DNA of 64,000 nucleotides from an uncultured Desulfobacter sp. (GTDB lineage: Bacteria > Desulfobacterota > Desulfobacteria > Desulfobacterales > Desulfobacteraceae). The notes beneath the pieces are model-generated. The model was not told where the DNA came from, did not search any database, and was given only the letters and a program-made list of their open reading frames with translations. Location of the stretch: the NCBI GenBank assembly GCA_963665095.1, contig OY762069.1, positions 5,312,001-5,376,000 of the forward strand. Reading direction: 5' to 3'. Below are positions 48,857-58,323 of the stretch, one piece after another; positions within the stretch are counted from its first letter, which is position 1, and each line of letters starts with the position of its first letter. A program made the position numbers and the translations under genes.

Positions 48857-51238
48857 TTACTGGAGCAGGCTGAGCAGGTTCTGGCTGGCAGCATTGGACT
48901 GTGCCAGTGCATAGGAACTTGTCTGGGCAAGCAGCGACAGGTTGGAGTAAGTCGATGCTTCCTGGGCAAAGTCAACATCCCGGATGGCGGATTCCGATGC
49001 CATGATGTTGGTCTTTGTGGTCGACAGGTTGGCTATGGTCGAAGTGAACTGGTTCTGTACTGAACCCAAATCACTTCGGGTGGAGTCAAGGTCGGCAAGC
49101 GCTGCCTCCGCAATGGAGATGGCCAGCTGTGCGCCTTCCTGGGAAAGCACATTGACGTCTGATAACCTCAGATTTTCAGTGTCACTTAAGCCTACCGTTC
49201 CGGCGTTGGCTGTATTGACCGCCAGCACGGTGCCTGTCATGAGAACACTGTCTTCTTCAAGGGTCATGCTGGTGGACAGACTCAGATCTGCGTCCAGAAC
49301 AACCGCGTCTGTTAATACATCACCTTTTGAATAGTCAACAGTGCCCACAGTGAAATCCTGGGTCACAACAGTCCCGGCTGCCAGGGTGGAGCCTGACTGG
49401 AGGGTGGACCCTGCAGATACTGTCATGTCACTGTTCAACGTTTCTATTCCAGACGTTGTTGCCGTACCGCCGATGGTTGAACCTTCAGCCAGCGTGGAGC
49501 CTGTGAGCAGAGATCCGGCAGTCAGCTCAGTTCTTTCGTAGGTAGTGGATGTTGCACTCGTTACAACGGTGTCTCCTAATTCGGAGCCTGCCAGCATGGT
49601 ACTGCCGGTAACAATGGTGGAACCGGCTTCAAGGGTCATATCTTCAGACAGGGTTGCATTTGCAGCCAGAGTGACGTCTGCGCCCAGCTGAGAGCCGACA
49701 TTCAGGATGGTGGAGGTTTCCAATACGCTGTCTTTTGCAAGGGTCATGTCTGCCTGAAGGGTAACATCTCCGTCCAAAGTAACATCTGAAGTCAGTTTGT
49801 CACCGACTTCGTATGTTACTGCAGAGGCACCTGTCCCAACTGTAAATTCAGTGGTGACAATTGTTCCTGACTCCAGAGTTGTCCCTGATGCAAGGGTGGA
49901 GCCTGCAGTGACCAGCATGTCTGAAGTTAGCGTTGCATCTGCAGAGCCCACGGTGATCATTGCACCAAGTTCCGTACCTTCGTCAATAACTGAAGTCGCG
50001 GTCAGCATGCTGCCGGCTACCAGTTCAAAGTCAAGTGAAGTATTGGTAACTGCGTCAGCCGTAATATCTCCACCAAGTATGGTTCCTGCCGCAAGGGTGC
50101 TGCCTGTACCAATGGTTGACCCTGCTGCCAGGATTGAGTCTTCAACCATCGTGGTTGTGTCAATGCCGATGTCCGCGCTGACAGCCCCGGCCCCAATACC
50201 ACTGATCTGGAACGTGGCCGTTCCGGCCTGACTGAGAACGATATGTCCCAGGGTGGACATCTGGCTGGCAGTGCTGCCCATAACCTCAGATACAGAACCG
50301 TCAATGTCAATGGCTCTGCCGTCCGAGGAGGTCAGTGTCATGGTGCCGTCTGAGTTCATGGTCGCGGTTACGCCGTGTTCCGTGCTTTTGTCATTAATGG
50401 CGGAAACCAGGGAACCGGTGGAATCATTGGCTAAAACAGATATTTCGCCGATGGTGATGCCGTTGATGGCAAAGTCACTGCTGGTGGAACCTTCTGTTAT
50501 GGCCTTTCCGGTGGTGACATTGACTACCGCATCTGCACTGATACCTGTAACAGAGGTGTACTTGTTGATTTCATCCGCCAGCGCACCGATGCCGTTTTCA
50601 GCCGCGTTGTTGGCCTGAATGTCAATGGTGGCCAGGGAGATCTCTTCGCCGGTGATGGAGCTTGTGATGGTCAGCTGGGTTTCTCCGCCGGAGGCACTGT
50701 CTAAAGTGAGCTCTGCTGTACTGATATGACCCACCTTGGTGGATTCGGTGGATCCGATGGAGATGGATGCTGTCTCATTGGCATAGGCCCCGATCTGGAT
50801 GTCCTTGTTGGTGAAAACGCCGGAGAGCAGTTTCTGTCCATTGTAGGACGTGGTCCTGGCGATAACATCCAGCTCTTCCATGAGCTTGTCAATGTCAGCC
50901 TGGATGGCTTTTCGGGTTTCAGTGGTCTGGGAATCCGAGGCAGCCTGGATTGCCTTGGTTTTAATTGTGTTAACAATGTTAATGGACTCTTCAAGAGCGC
51001 CGTCAGCCGTCTGAACCATGGAGATGGCGTCATTGGCGTTGGCAACAGCCTGGCCAATACCTAAATGCTGGGCTCTAAGTGAGTCGGCGATTTTCATGCC
51101 CGAGGCGTCGTCAGCAGCCTTGTTGATCCGTAAACCTGTGGAGAGGCGGCCGAGGGATTTACTCAGATTGTTGTCGTTGGAAACCATTGCCTTGTGGGCG
51201 TTTAATGCGGCTACATTGGTGTTGATACTAAATGCCAT
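48857..51238 (-). CDS. fliC: Flagellin, 793 aa (sigma28-driven, FlaA-like)
   Basis: MAFSINTNVAALNA, RLSTGLRINKAADDASG, IRDVDFAQE, NLLSLLQ; AAGGAGG RBS. Confidence 0.96.
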   Translation of the reverse strand: MAFSINTNVAALNAHKAMVSNDNNLSKSLGRLSTGLRINKAADDASGMKIADSLRAQHLGIGQAVANANDAISMVQTADGALEESINIVNTIKTKAIQAASDSQTTETRKAIQADIDKLMEELDVIARTTSYNGQKLLSGVFTNKDIQIGAYANETASISIGSTESTKVGHISTAELTLDSASGGETQLTITSSITGEEISLATIDIQANNAAENGIGALADEINKYTSVTGISADAVVNVTTGKAITEGSTSSDFAINGITIGEISVLANDSTGSLVSAINDKSTEHGVTATMNSDGTMTLTSSDGRAIDIDGSVSEVMGSTASQMSTLGHIVLSQAGTATFQISGIGAGAVSADIGIDTTTMVEDSILAAGSTIGTGSTLAAGTILGGDITADAVTNTSLDFELVAGSMLTATSVIDEGTELGAMITVGSADATLTSDMLVTAGSTLASGTTLESGTIVTTEFTVGTGASAVTYEVGDKLTSDVTLDGDVTLQADMTLAKDSVLETSTILNVGSQLGADVTLAANATLSEDMTLEAGSTIVTGSTMLAGSELGDTVVTSATSTTYERTELTAGSLLTGSTLAEGSTIGGTATTSGIETLNSDMTVSAGSTLQSGSTLAAGTVVTQDFTVGTVDYSKGDVLTDAVVLDADLSLSTSMTLEEDSVLMTGTVLAVNTANAGTVGLSDTENLRLSDVNVLSQEGAQLAISIAEAALADLDSTRSDLGSVQNQFTSTIANLSTTKTNIMASESAIRDVDFAQEASTYSNLSLLAQTSSYALAQSNAASQNLLSLLQ

Positions 51239-51396
51239 GTTCAATTCCTCCTTGAATTGTTTGGTACACGGGCGTCAATGCCCTTGGCTTAGTTCAGTTT
51301 TGAATTAAGTTTTGTGTGTCTGTTTATAGGAAACTTTTTCTTTGGTTCTGTTTTTAGAAGATCCTCCTCGTGTTTAAAGTTTTTGTCATGAAAAGA

Positions 51397-51423
51397 AAAT
51401 CGGATCTTGTGAGACAAACTTTA
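51397..51423 (-). promoter_or_regulatory. sigma28 promoter of the 793-aa flagellin
   Basis: Minus strand reads TAAAGTTT-N11-TCCGATTT. Confidence 0.78.
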
Positions 51424-51460
51424 AAAAAAACATTAAAATTCGGAAAAAAATGTACGAGTT

Positions 51461-53554
51461 TCAGATCCTGCCTGCAATTTTTTGGGCCCGGGCCATACGG
51501 GCGGCATCCAGTTGCTGACGGGTAATACCATCCTGTTTATACAAGGCATCTTCATTGGCCCACAATACCCCGTGCCACCTGGCATAAAAATGTATGGCAT
51601 CCTCGGCTGTTGTGTTGGCTGCAGGGCCTTTTTTTAACAGTTGAAGGTCTGGAAGGAAAATGGATGCCCGGGTGTCTTTCGTTTCGAACCCTGCTTTCAG
51701 GCACAGATCCATCAGGGCGTTGGCGCCTGTTCTGGGTGAAAAACCACCAAGGTCTGAGAAAAAAGTTCTGGACAGGCAAACCAGGTGGTCCAACATCATA
51801 AAGGCCCGCTCAATATTTGCCTGGGGAAACCTGTGGTCCAGGTGCTGATATGCGGATACCGGGGCGTTATTTGTGTTCAGAATAATGCCTGCATGGATGA
51901 TGCTGCCAAAGGCGTTTATTACTTTACCGCCAAATATTTTATGGGCCCCATAAGTTGAAAAGGCCTTGTTCAATGCGGTCAGCCAATGGGGCATAGGAGA
52001 TACCAGTTCCGTAAAGATGGCAATTTTTTCCCCCCTCATGGCCTGTACCGCTTGATTGTTTATTGTTTCCCATATGTTCTGACTTTGGCCCACTTTTATC
52101 CGGATCACATCCCCTGAAAGAGAGTCAAGGATGACAGATATTTCCGGGCTGATGTTTTCGGGTTCAATTAAAAGGACTTCGTAGTTTCCCTGTCCTTCGG
52201 AGTGTCTGGTAACACTTTCCAGCTGAAATAAAAAATCATCGGGCCTGCCGGCTGGTACCGGAATGACCAGGGTCCATTCATAGGCGGCAGGTTCAGGAAA
52301 GGTCAGCGGGGTTATCTGCACCCCGGCCGATGCCTGGATGGCTGTTTGCATGATATTAATGATCCGGTCATCCGCCCCAATGGTATGGGTGAGTTCATTC
52401 TTAAGAAAAATGTCAATGGCCTCAACGGACAGGTCTTTTTTAAAATCTGCTTTTTGGGCCAGCTGTTCTCCTAATTTTTCCGGGGTCATTTCAAAGGCCA
52501 CGCCCTGATCCACAAAGGAATAGGGCGTTTCGGTCCCGGACAGGCCGCTGAGCTGAACCAGGGGTTTTCCCAAGGCAATGGCTTCGATGCCTGTGGTGGA
52601 GGGGGCGGCCAGTACGCAGACATCCGAAGCAGACATTAAATCATAGGCAGTGTACTCCCCGTGGACCAGTACCAGGCTTTTGCGCCAGGGCTTTGGCACG
52701 GCCGATTCCCACGCCTCGTACGTGGGATATTTGCAGGCCGGATGAAATTTAATAATCATCTTTACATGGGTCAGTCTGGCAACACGTTCCAGCAATGGCG
52801 CAATTTGTTTATGATCCGGTGGTGTGGATGTGAATATGAGCAACGGCACCAGCTTGCCGTTGAGTTTTAGCTCTTTTCTCATTTTCTGCCGGATATTGTT
52901 TTGCGTCTGGTACTCTTTTTCTCTGGAAATATGGGTGTTGCCCACGGGAATAATCCGTTCCACCGGGGCCTCGTAATCACTGAACTTTTTTTTGATCCGT
53001 TCTCCCCAGACCAGATCCAGGGTTGAGTACTGGACATGCCCGGTATAGCCGAAACTTTGATTATAGCCCAGCCCCTCCTGCAGGGATATAAACGGCACAT
53101 TGAATTTTTTGGCCCAGAATGCCAGGGTCTTGCCCCACCGATTCAGTTCGTGCAATGCAAAACACAAATCCGGTTTTTCATCCCGGATCATATTCCTGAA
53201 ACCAATATATTCCTGGGCCATGGCGTAAAGGGTTTTATCCGTCACCGTCACCATCTGCGCGGCCAGGGCAAAATCACTGCACAGGGCTTTGCTGAAAACC
53301 CGGCGTTCCCTGAGATAGTTCTCCTGGACCTCCTGAAAATCATTTTCATCCAGATAATCAAATACATGGGCATAGTTAAGCCGGCATTCCACTGCTGTGA
53401 TCTCCTGGCTGCGCTCTGCCTGGGCCACCACATAACGGGTATCCGCCCCCAGTTGTGACAATTTTTCCATGACCGGAATAATGAATCGGGTATGGTGCTT
53501 TAATGCCACATAGGCGATGATCTTTTTATCTTTCCAGAAATGATCCTTATTCAT
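51461..53554 (-). CDS. Glycosyltransferase-like protein: GT-B region plus degenerate GT2-like region
   Basis: LVWGE, IIPVGN, IKFHP and STTGIEAIALGKP (GT-B); TLVIPV, YEVLLI, GGK...IIHAGI and FSDLGGF (GT2-like). Confidence 0.65.
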   Translation of the reverse strand: MNKDHFWKDKKIIAYVALKHHTRFIIPVMEKLSQLGADTRYVVAQAERSQEITAVECRLNYAHVFDYLDENDFQEVQENYLRERRVFSKALCSDFALAAQMVTVTDKTLYAMAQEYIGFRNMIRDEKPDLCFALHELNRWGKTLAFWAKKFNVPFISLQEGLGYNQSFGYTGHVQYSTLDLVWGERIKKKFSDYEAPVERIIPVGNTHISREKEYQTQNNIRQKMRKELKLNGKLVPLLIFTSTPPDHKQIAPLLERVARLTHVKMIIKFHPACKYPTYEAWESAVPKPWRKSLVLVHGEYTAYDLMSASDVCVLAAPSTTGIEAIALGKPLVQLSGLSGTETPYSFVDQGVAFEMTPEKLGEQLAQKADFKKDLSVEAIDIFLKNELTHTIGADDRIINIMQTAIQASAGVQITPLTFPEPAAYEWTLVIPVPAGRPDDFLFQLESVTRHSEGQGNYEVLLIEPENISPEISVILDSLSGDVIRIKVGQSQNIWETINNQAVQAMRGEKIAIFTELVSPMPHWLTALNKAFSTYGAHKIFGGKVINAFGSIIHAGIILNTNNAPVSAYQHLDHRFPQANIERAFMMLDHLVCLSRTFFSDLGGFSPRTGANALMDLCLKAGFETKDTRASIFLPDLQLLKKGPAANTTAEDAIHFYARWHGVLWANEDALYKQDGITRQQLDAARMARAQKIAGRI

Positions 53555-54746
53555 TGGGGGTTCCTTTTCCGCGCATAGGGGTCAGATGCCTTTTGGAGAT
53601 ATCAATAAGAATATATGACAGTTCCGTTTCCTGATTATGGCGGGTAATGATCTCTTTGACATGGCTGGTCAAGGCCGGTACGGATTTGATCCAGATTTTA
53701 TATCCTTCCCTGTTTTCAGGAACCATGGGGTCGTAAATAATGGTGGGGATGCTTAACGCCGAAGAAACTTCCGTACTGTAACAGTCTGCACAGGCCACCA
53801 CCGCATCTGCCATGGTAATGTCTGCCGGACGGTTCATGTCATGGAAGGAGTAGGAAAAAAAGGGCAGTTCTTCTCTGCATACGGTTTCAATGGTCTGCTG
53901 ATGGGTGTGAGCGCCCCGTACCTGGTCTTTGCCGTAGGAAAACATCAGATGAAGGTGTTTGCCCATGGGGGTGAGATGGCGCAGCAGGTCTTTATATTCG
54001 TAGGTCATGGCCACATTGTGGGGAATAAAAACAAGGGTTTTATTTTCAGGGATATCACGGGCCTGGTACCGCAGCCCCATGCTTTTCCGCCACAGGGGAT
54101 GGGTGGCCGGGGAGAAAAAGCGCCCTTCAAACTTCGGGATGCGCCAGATGCGGCTGTGAATGTCGGCGGCAGGGCTGTTCAGATAGTCATAGCTCTCGTT
54201 GCGGGTGGTAATCAGGCCGTCCATTAAAGAGGGGACCAGGGTCCACCGGGTGGTTAGGGACATCAGTTCATACCCCACAATGGGAACCCTGTTTATTTTA
54301 GCAAGATGGACCCACGCATAAAAAATTCTCTCTTCATTGGTTGCAGAGCCTAACGGGGTCGGCATCTGGATGACGATACCTGCCACATTTTTTTCATTGG
54401 GTGCCTGGATCAGTGTCTGGAAAAGGTTGCCGCTGCCAAGGTCATCCAGCAACAGCGCCTGCCAGAATTTCAGGCCGTGGGAAAAGTCATTGTCACCAAG
54501 CTGGGCCTGCTTTCGGCAGTATCCCTCATAGGAGTTGGACTTTTGTCCGGAGGATACACCAAAAACAGCAGGGTTGAGAATTGACACCTGTTTCAGTGTC
54601 TGGGGATAAATTTCCGGTACCAGAAATTTTAATGTCAGAAATTCTTTTGTCCGCCGCTGAATCAATTCGAAAAAATCAATAAGATTGGGCGTGACCTGGT
54701 TGTCCTGCAGCACCCAGTAAACAGTTGGCTTATGTGTCTGTGTCAT
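53547..54746 (-). CDS. Hypothetical protein, possibly GT-B fold
   Basis: ADAVVA...STEVSSALSIPTIIYD resembles a GT-B C-terminal lobe; overlaps the start of the downstream GT gene. Confidence 0.45.
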   Translation of the reverse strand: MTQTHKPTVYWVLQDNQVTPNLIDFFELIQRRTKEFLTLKFLVPEIYPQTLKQVSILNPAVFGVSSGQKSNSYEGYCRKQAQLGDNDFSHGLKFWQALLLDDLGSGNLFQTLIQAPNEKNVAGIVIQMPTPLGSATNEERIFYAWVHLAKINRVPIVGYELMSLTTRWTLVPSLMDGLITTRNESYDYLNSPAADIHSRIWRIPKFEGRFFSPATHPLWRKSMGLRYQARDIPENKTLVFIPHNVAMTYEYKDLLRHLTPMGKHLHLMFSYGKDQVRGAHTHQQTIETVCREELPFFSYSFHDMNRPADITMADAVVACADCYSTEVSSALSIPTIIYDPMVPENREGYKIWIKSVPALTSHVKEIITRHNQETELSYILIDISKRHLTPMRGKGTPNE

Positions 54747-55013
54747 GGTGAAACCGATTATTCGCAGATTTAGGGTGAATATTTTTGTACGGTGCCTCAT
54801 CCTGCCATAATTTGGTTCGGCTTTTCAAGACATTAAAAACACTAGTTGACGCACTGCGGCCTTTAAAGTTCAGGCCAAAGGAAAAATCAGTTGTATTCAT
54901 ATGGGGCATAAAATATAACCAGTACATCTTGGTCATGCGGTCTGTGCGGCCTGTTTGGAAAAGTCCCGGTTCATCCGCAGCCGGGCAGTGCCAGGTCTCG
55001 AAAGGATAATAAC

Positions 55014-56012
55014 ATGAATGGAAAAGTCGTACTAATTACCGGAGGAACAGGCTCCTTTGGGAAACAATGCGTCCGGATGATCCTTGACCGCTATCGTCCC
55101 AAAAAGCTGATTGTCTTCAGCCGGGATGAGCTCAAGCAGTTTGAAATGCAGCAGGTGTTTCCGGCCCGGAAAAATGAATGCCTGAGATATTTTATCGGGG
55201 ATGTCAGGGACAAAGACCGGCTGTACAGGGCATTTTCCGATGTGGACATTGTCATCCATGCGGCTGCCATGAAACAGGTGCCGGCTGCCGAGTACAACCC
55301 CTTTGAGGCGGTAAAAACAAATATTATCGGTGCCCAGAACGTTATTGATGCCGCCATTGATCAGAATGTACAGAAGGTGATTGCCCTGAGCACAGATAAG
55401 GCAGCCAATCCGGTCAACCTTTACGGTGCGACTAAACTTTGCTCGGACAAAATTTTTATTGCGGGAAATTCTTACACCGGCACCAGGGTGAAGACCATAT
55501 TCAGCGTTGTCCGGTACGGCAATGTGATCGGCAGCCGCGGCAGTGTGATCCCCTTTTTCCTTGAACAACGGAAGACCGGCGTGCTGCCGGTAACCGATCC
55601 GAGAATGACACGATTCTGGATTACCTTGGAGCAGGCCGTCAATTTTGTCCTTTTGTGTCTGGGGCGGATGATTGGCGGGGAGTTGTTCGTCCCGAAACTG
55701 CCAAGTATGAATATTGCGGATCTGGCAACAGCTGTCTGTCCTGCCTGCCGGCAGGAGATCATCGGCATCCGGCCGGGAGAAAAGCTGCATGAGGTGATGA
55801 TCCCGGCGGATGAATCCAGGATGGTAATCGCGTTTGATGACTATTACGTGATACAGCCGGATTTAAGTTTTTTTAATAAAGGTAACATCCCATGTGACGG
55901 AAATCATGGCCCTGTACCGGATGGTTTTGAATACAGCTCCGGGACCAATCCTGATTTTTTGAGTGTGGCCCGGATGCAGACGCTTATTCAACAGGTTGCC
56001 GGATATAAATGA
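55014..56012 (+). CDS. pseB: UDP-GlcNAc 4,6-dehydratase (inverting) PseB
   Basis: ITGGTGSFG, FSRDELKQ, HAAAMKQVPAAEYNP, NLYGATKLCSDK, RYGNVIGSRGSV. Confidence 0.95.
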   Translation: MNGKVVLITGGTGSFGKQCVRMILDRYRPKKLIVFSRDELKQFEMQQVFPARKNECLRYFIGDVRDKDRLYRAFSDVDIVIHAAAMKQVPAAEYNPFEAVKTNIIGAQNVIDAAIDQNVQKVIALSTDKAANPVNLYGATKLCSDKIFIAGNSYTGTRVKTIFSVVRYGNVIGSRGSVIPFFLEQRKTGVLPVTDPRMTRFWITLEQAVNFVLLCLGRMIGGELFVPKLPSMNIADLATAVCPACRQEIIGIRPGEKLHEVMIPADESRMVIAFDDYYVIQPDLSFFNKGNIPCDGNHGPVPDGFEYSSGTNPDFLSVARMQTLIQQVAGYK

Positions 56013-56713
56013 CCATGGGGCCTATTGCCGTTATTCCGGCCAGGGGCGGGTCCAGGCGGTTGCCCAGGAAGAATATTCTGCCTGTTTTAGGACGGCCCAT
56101 GCTGTCCTACCCGATAAAGGCGGCGTTGGACAGCGGGTGTTTTGATCAGGTAATTGTTTCCACCGAGGATGAAGAGATCCGGAAGGTTGCCCTGGCTGCC
56201 GGTGCCCGGGTAATGGACCGTTCTGAACATCTTGCCCGGGACAGAGCCACGGTTACTCAGGTCTGTCTTGACCTGCTGGCTCGCCTGACACAGGCGGCTG
56301 AATGTCCGGAGTGGATCTGCTGCATTTATGCCACGGCAGTATTCGTCACACCGGCTGATATCAGAAGGGCCTTTGAAACCAGGCAGAAATTTCCCAGGGC
56401 CAGCAGTATCATGGGGGTGTCCGGGTTCAATCTTCAACCCCTTCAAGCCCTTCAGGAAGACGGGGATGGTTTTTTAAAGCCTATATGGCAGGAGTACCAG
56501 CTTCAATCCCAGTTTCACCCGGAACTTGTGGCCAGCAACGGCACCCTTTACTGGGTAAAAACAGATGCACTGATGCAGCAGCAAAGTTTTTATACAGATA
56601 ATCTCATTGGATATAACATCCCCTGGATCCGGGCCATTGATCTGGATACGCCGGAAGATTATGATATTGCCTGCCGGATAGCGCCTTTATTTCTTGAGGG
56701 CGTAGACGATTGA
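56009..56713 (+). CDS. pseF: Pseudaminic acid cytidylyltransferase PseF (NeuA family)
   Basis: AVIPARGGSRRLPRKN, CCIYATA, DLDTPED. Confidence 0.85.
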   Translation: MTMGPIAVIPARGGSRRLPRKNILPVLGRPMLSYPIKAALDSGCFDQVIVSTEDEEIRKVALAAGARVMDRSEHLARDRATVTQVCLDLLARLTQAAECPEWICCIYATAVFVTPADIRRAFETRQKFPRASSIMGVSGFNLQPLQALQEDGDGFLKPIWQEYQLQSQFHPELVASNGTLYWVKTDALMQQQSFYTDNLIGYNIPWIRAIDLDTPEDYDIACRIAPLFLEGVDD

Positions 56714-57370
56714 AAATGCTTCGGCAAATTCAAATCCAGAACTGCTGCCCCGCATCCGGGCCAGGGCTTTGAGGGCTTCCGGAGAGCGCGGATGGGGGGA
56801 AGACCTTGCTTCGCTTTGGTACGCTGCCATGGCCTTTAATTTTGTCTCGATATTCGTGGTGATATTCATGAACAGGCTGGGTGTAAAGGGAGGGCTGAGC
56901 CGGTCAAATGCCCATTCTGTAGCGGAGGGGGTTTCGTAAGTGACAAGGGCATGGACCGGGGAGTCTTTCATTGGCCGGATGGCCGTCAGCGTAGCCCTGG
57001 ATGTGATGGTGTGATCAATGTTCAAATCCCCGCCATGGTGAGTGAAGACCGTTCGTGGTTGTAAGCTACGGACATATGATTCAATGGTTTTCACGATGTC
57101 CAGCAATGGCACGGTATCAAACCGGTTATCCGGGAAAGATTCAAAGGAGATGCTGGCTGCCCCCAGGATTTTGGCGGCATTTTCAGCATCTTCCTGCAGT
57201 TTTCGGACGGCGGCATCCTCTTCCGGCTGTGTCGTGCCGCCGCGTGAACGAATACCTTCTCCAAGAATAAGAATATGCGCGTCCGTGTTCTGCTCGGCGC
57301 ATTTGGCAATGGTTCCGCCGCACCCTAAGGTTTCATCATCCGGGTGTGCTGCAATGATTAAGACAGCCAT
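56687..57370 (-). CDS. PIG-L/LmbE-family N-deacetylase
   Basis: AAHPDDETLG, FTH...DLNIDH, EAF. Confidence 0.9.
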   Translation of the reverse strand: MAVLIIAAHPDDETLGCGGTIAKCAEQNTDAHILILGEGIRSRGGTTQPEEDAAVRKLQEDAENAAKILGAASISFESFPDNRFDTVPLLDIVKTIESYVRSLQPRTVFTHHGGDLNIDHTITSRATLTAIRPMKDSPVHALVTYETPSATEWAFDRLSPPFTPSLFMNITTNIETKLKAMAAYQSEARSSPHPRSPEALKALARMRGSSSGFEFAEAFSIVYALKK

Positions 57371-57421
57371 AAAATTCTCCTCAGTAAAAAGGGGAGCATA
57401 ACCAAAAGAGCCATAACTTGC

Positions 57422-58114
57422 TTAAGATTTATTTTTAAACGTGATGGTAACATCAGCCTCTACCCTGCCTTTTTTTAATGCTGCCCTGGAAAATTCCAGC
57501 CGGAGAGAATCTGTTTCCAGAAATGCTTTCGGGTACGTTTCAGCGTCCAGCATCCTTATATAGTCAAACACCTCATTAAGAGACTTGAGTGCTGAGATAT
57601 CTCCCTGTTCCGGTCGTCTGCGCTGGAACCAGACCGGCTCTCCTGACTGTGGAACGGGCTGGGGGCTGGTTTTAACAATTTCAACTATCATCTCCTCAAC
57701 CACGGTTTCCGCACGGATATAGATCTCTTCTGCGCTTCCGTGAAGTGATAACGGCTTTTTAAGATAGACCGGGCCTGCATCAATACCCTTCCCGCATTTG
57801 ATTGCACTGATTTGTGTTGTGTAAATCCCCCTTGAAATCAGATTTTGAAGGGGGGAACCGCCCCTGCCAAAGGGAAGATCCGTCATGTGGAAAATAATGC
57901 ACTCATAGTTTTCATAAATGCCGGGTTCAATGATATAAGACCAGTGGGTGAAGAAAATAATATCCGGGTTGATCTGTTCCAGACGGGCAGGCGTCAGTTC
58001 TGCTTTGTCTGTGATCAGGACGGTGTCTGCTTCTGTTTTTTTAGCAAGATTGTCTGTTATGGCCAGGGTCCAGTTTTGGCTGGCAGCAATGATATAGGTT
58101 TGCCGGTGGTTCAT
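57422..58114 (-). CDS. Sugar N-formyltransferase (Fmt-like)
   Basis: FHMTDLPFGRGGSPLQN, IDAGPVY, IRMLDAETYP; start taken at 58114. Confidence 0.88.
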   Translation of the reverse strand: MNHRQTYIIAASQNWTLAITDNLAKKTEADTVLITDKAELTPARLEQINPDIIFFTHWSYIIEPGIYENYECIIFHMTDLPFGRGGSPLQNLISRGIYTTQISAIKCGKGIDAGPVYLKKPLSLHGSAEEIYIRAETVVEEMIVEIVKTSPQPVPQSGEPVWFQRRRPEQGDISALKSLNEVFDYIRMLDAETYPKAFLETDSLRLEFSRAALKKGRVEADVTITFKNKS

Positions 58115-58323
58115 TTGATCATGGCCTTGATAAATTCGGTGGAAGAAATTATTGAAAAGAATCATAAGCAGTTTGATGTTTAAAATCAATGAAACATTCG
58201 TAGTGTGTGTCAGACCCATGCCATGGAATGCACGCTGTAAAATGATTGATCCCATATTATCGTCTGACATCAGGTCTGGTGCGTCACCCTGCATTTTAGC
58301 ATAGACTGGAAAAAGGAATTACT

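Noticed and set aside
45996..50149. Flagellin repeats as an ice-nucleation protein domain
   Set aside because: AGST similarity is superficial; periodicity is 6 rather than the 8/16-residue AGYGSTxT pattern, and the Tyr ladder is absent.
45639..51238. Recent gene conversion or phase-variable switching between the two flagellins
   Set aside because: Shared peptides differ at many synonymous positions; no long identical DNA tracts, recombinase gene or inversion sites were seen.
58115..58294. N-terminal extension of the formyltransferase in the ORF track
   Set aside because: The extension has no family resemblance and occupies the divergent promoter region before pseI; ATG 58114 is the more plausible start.
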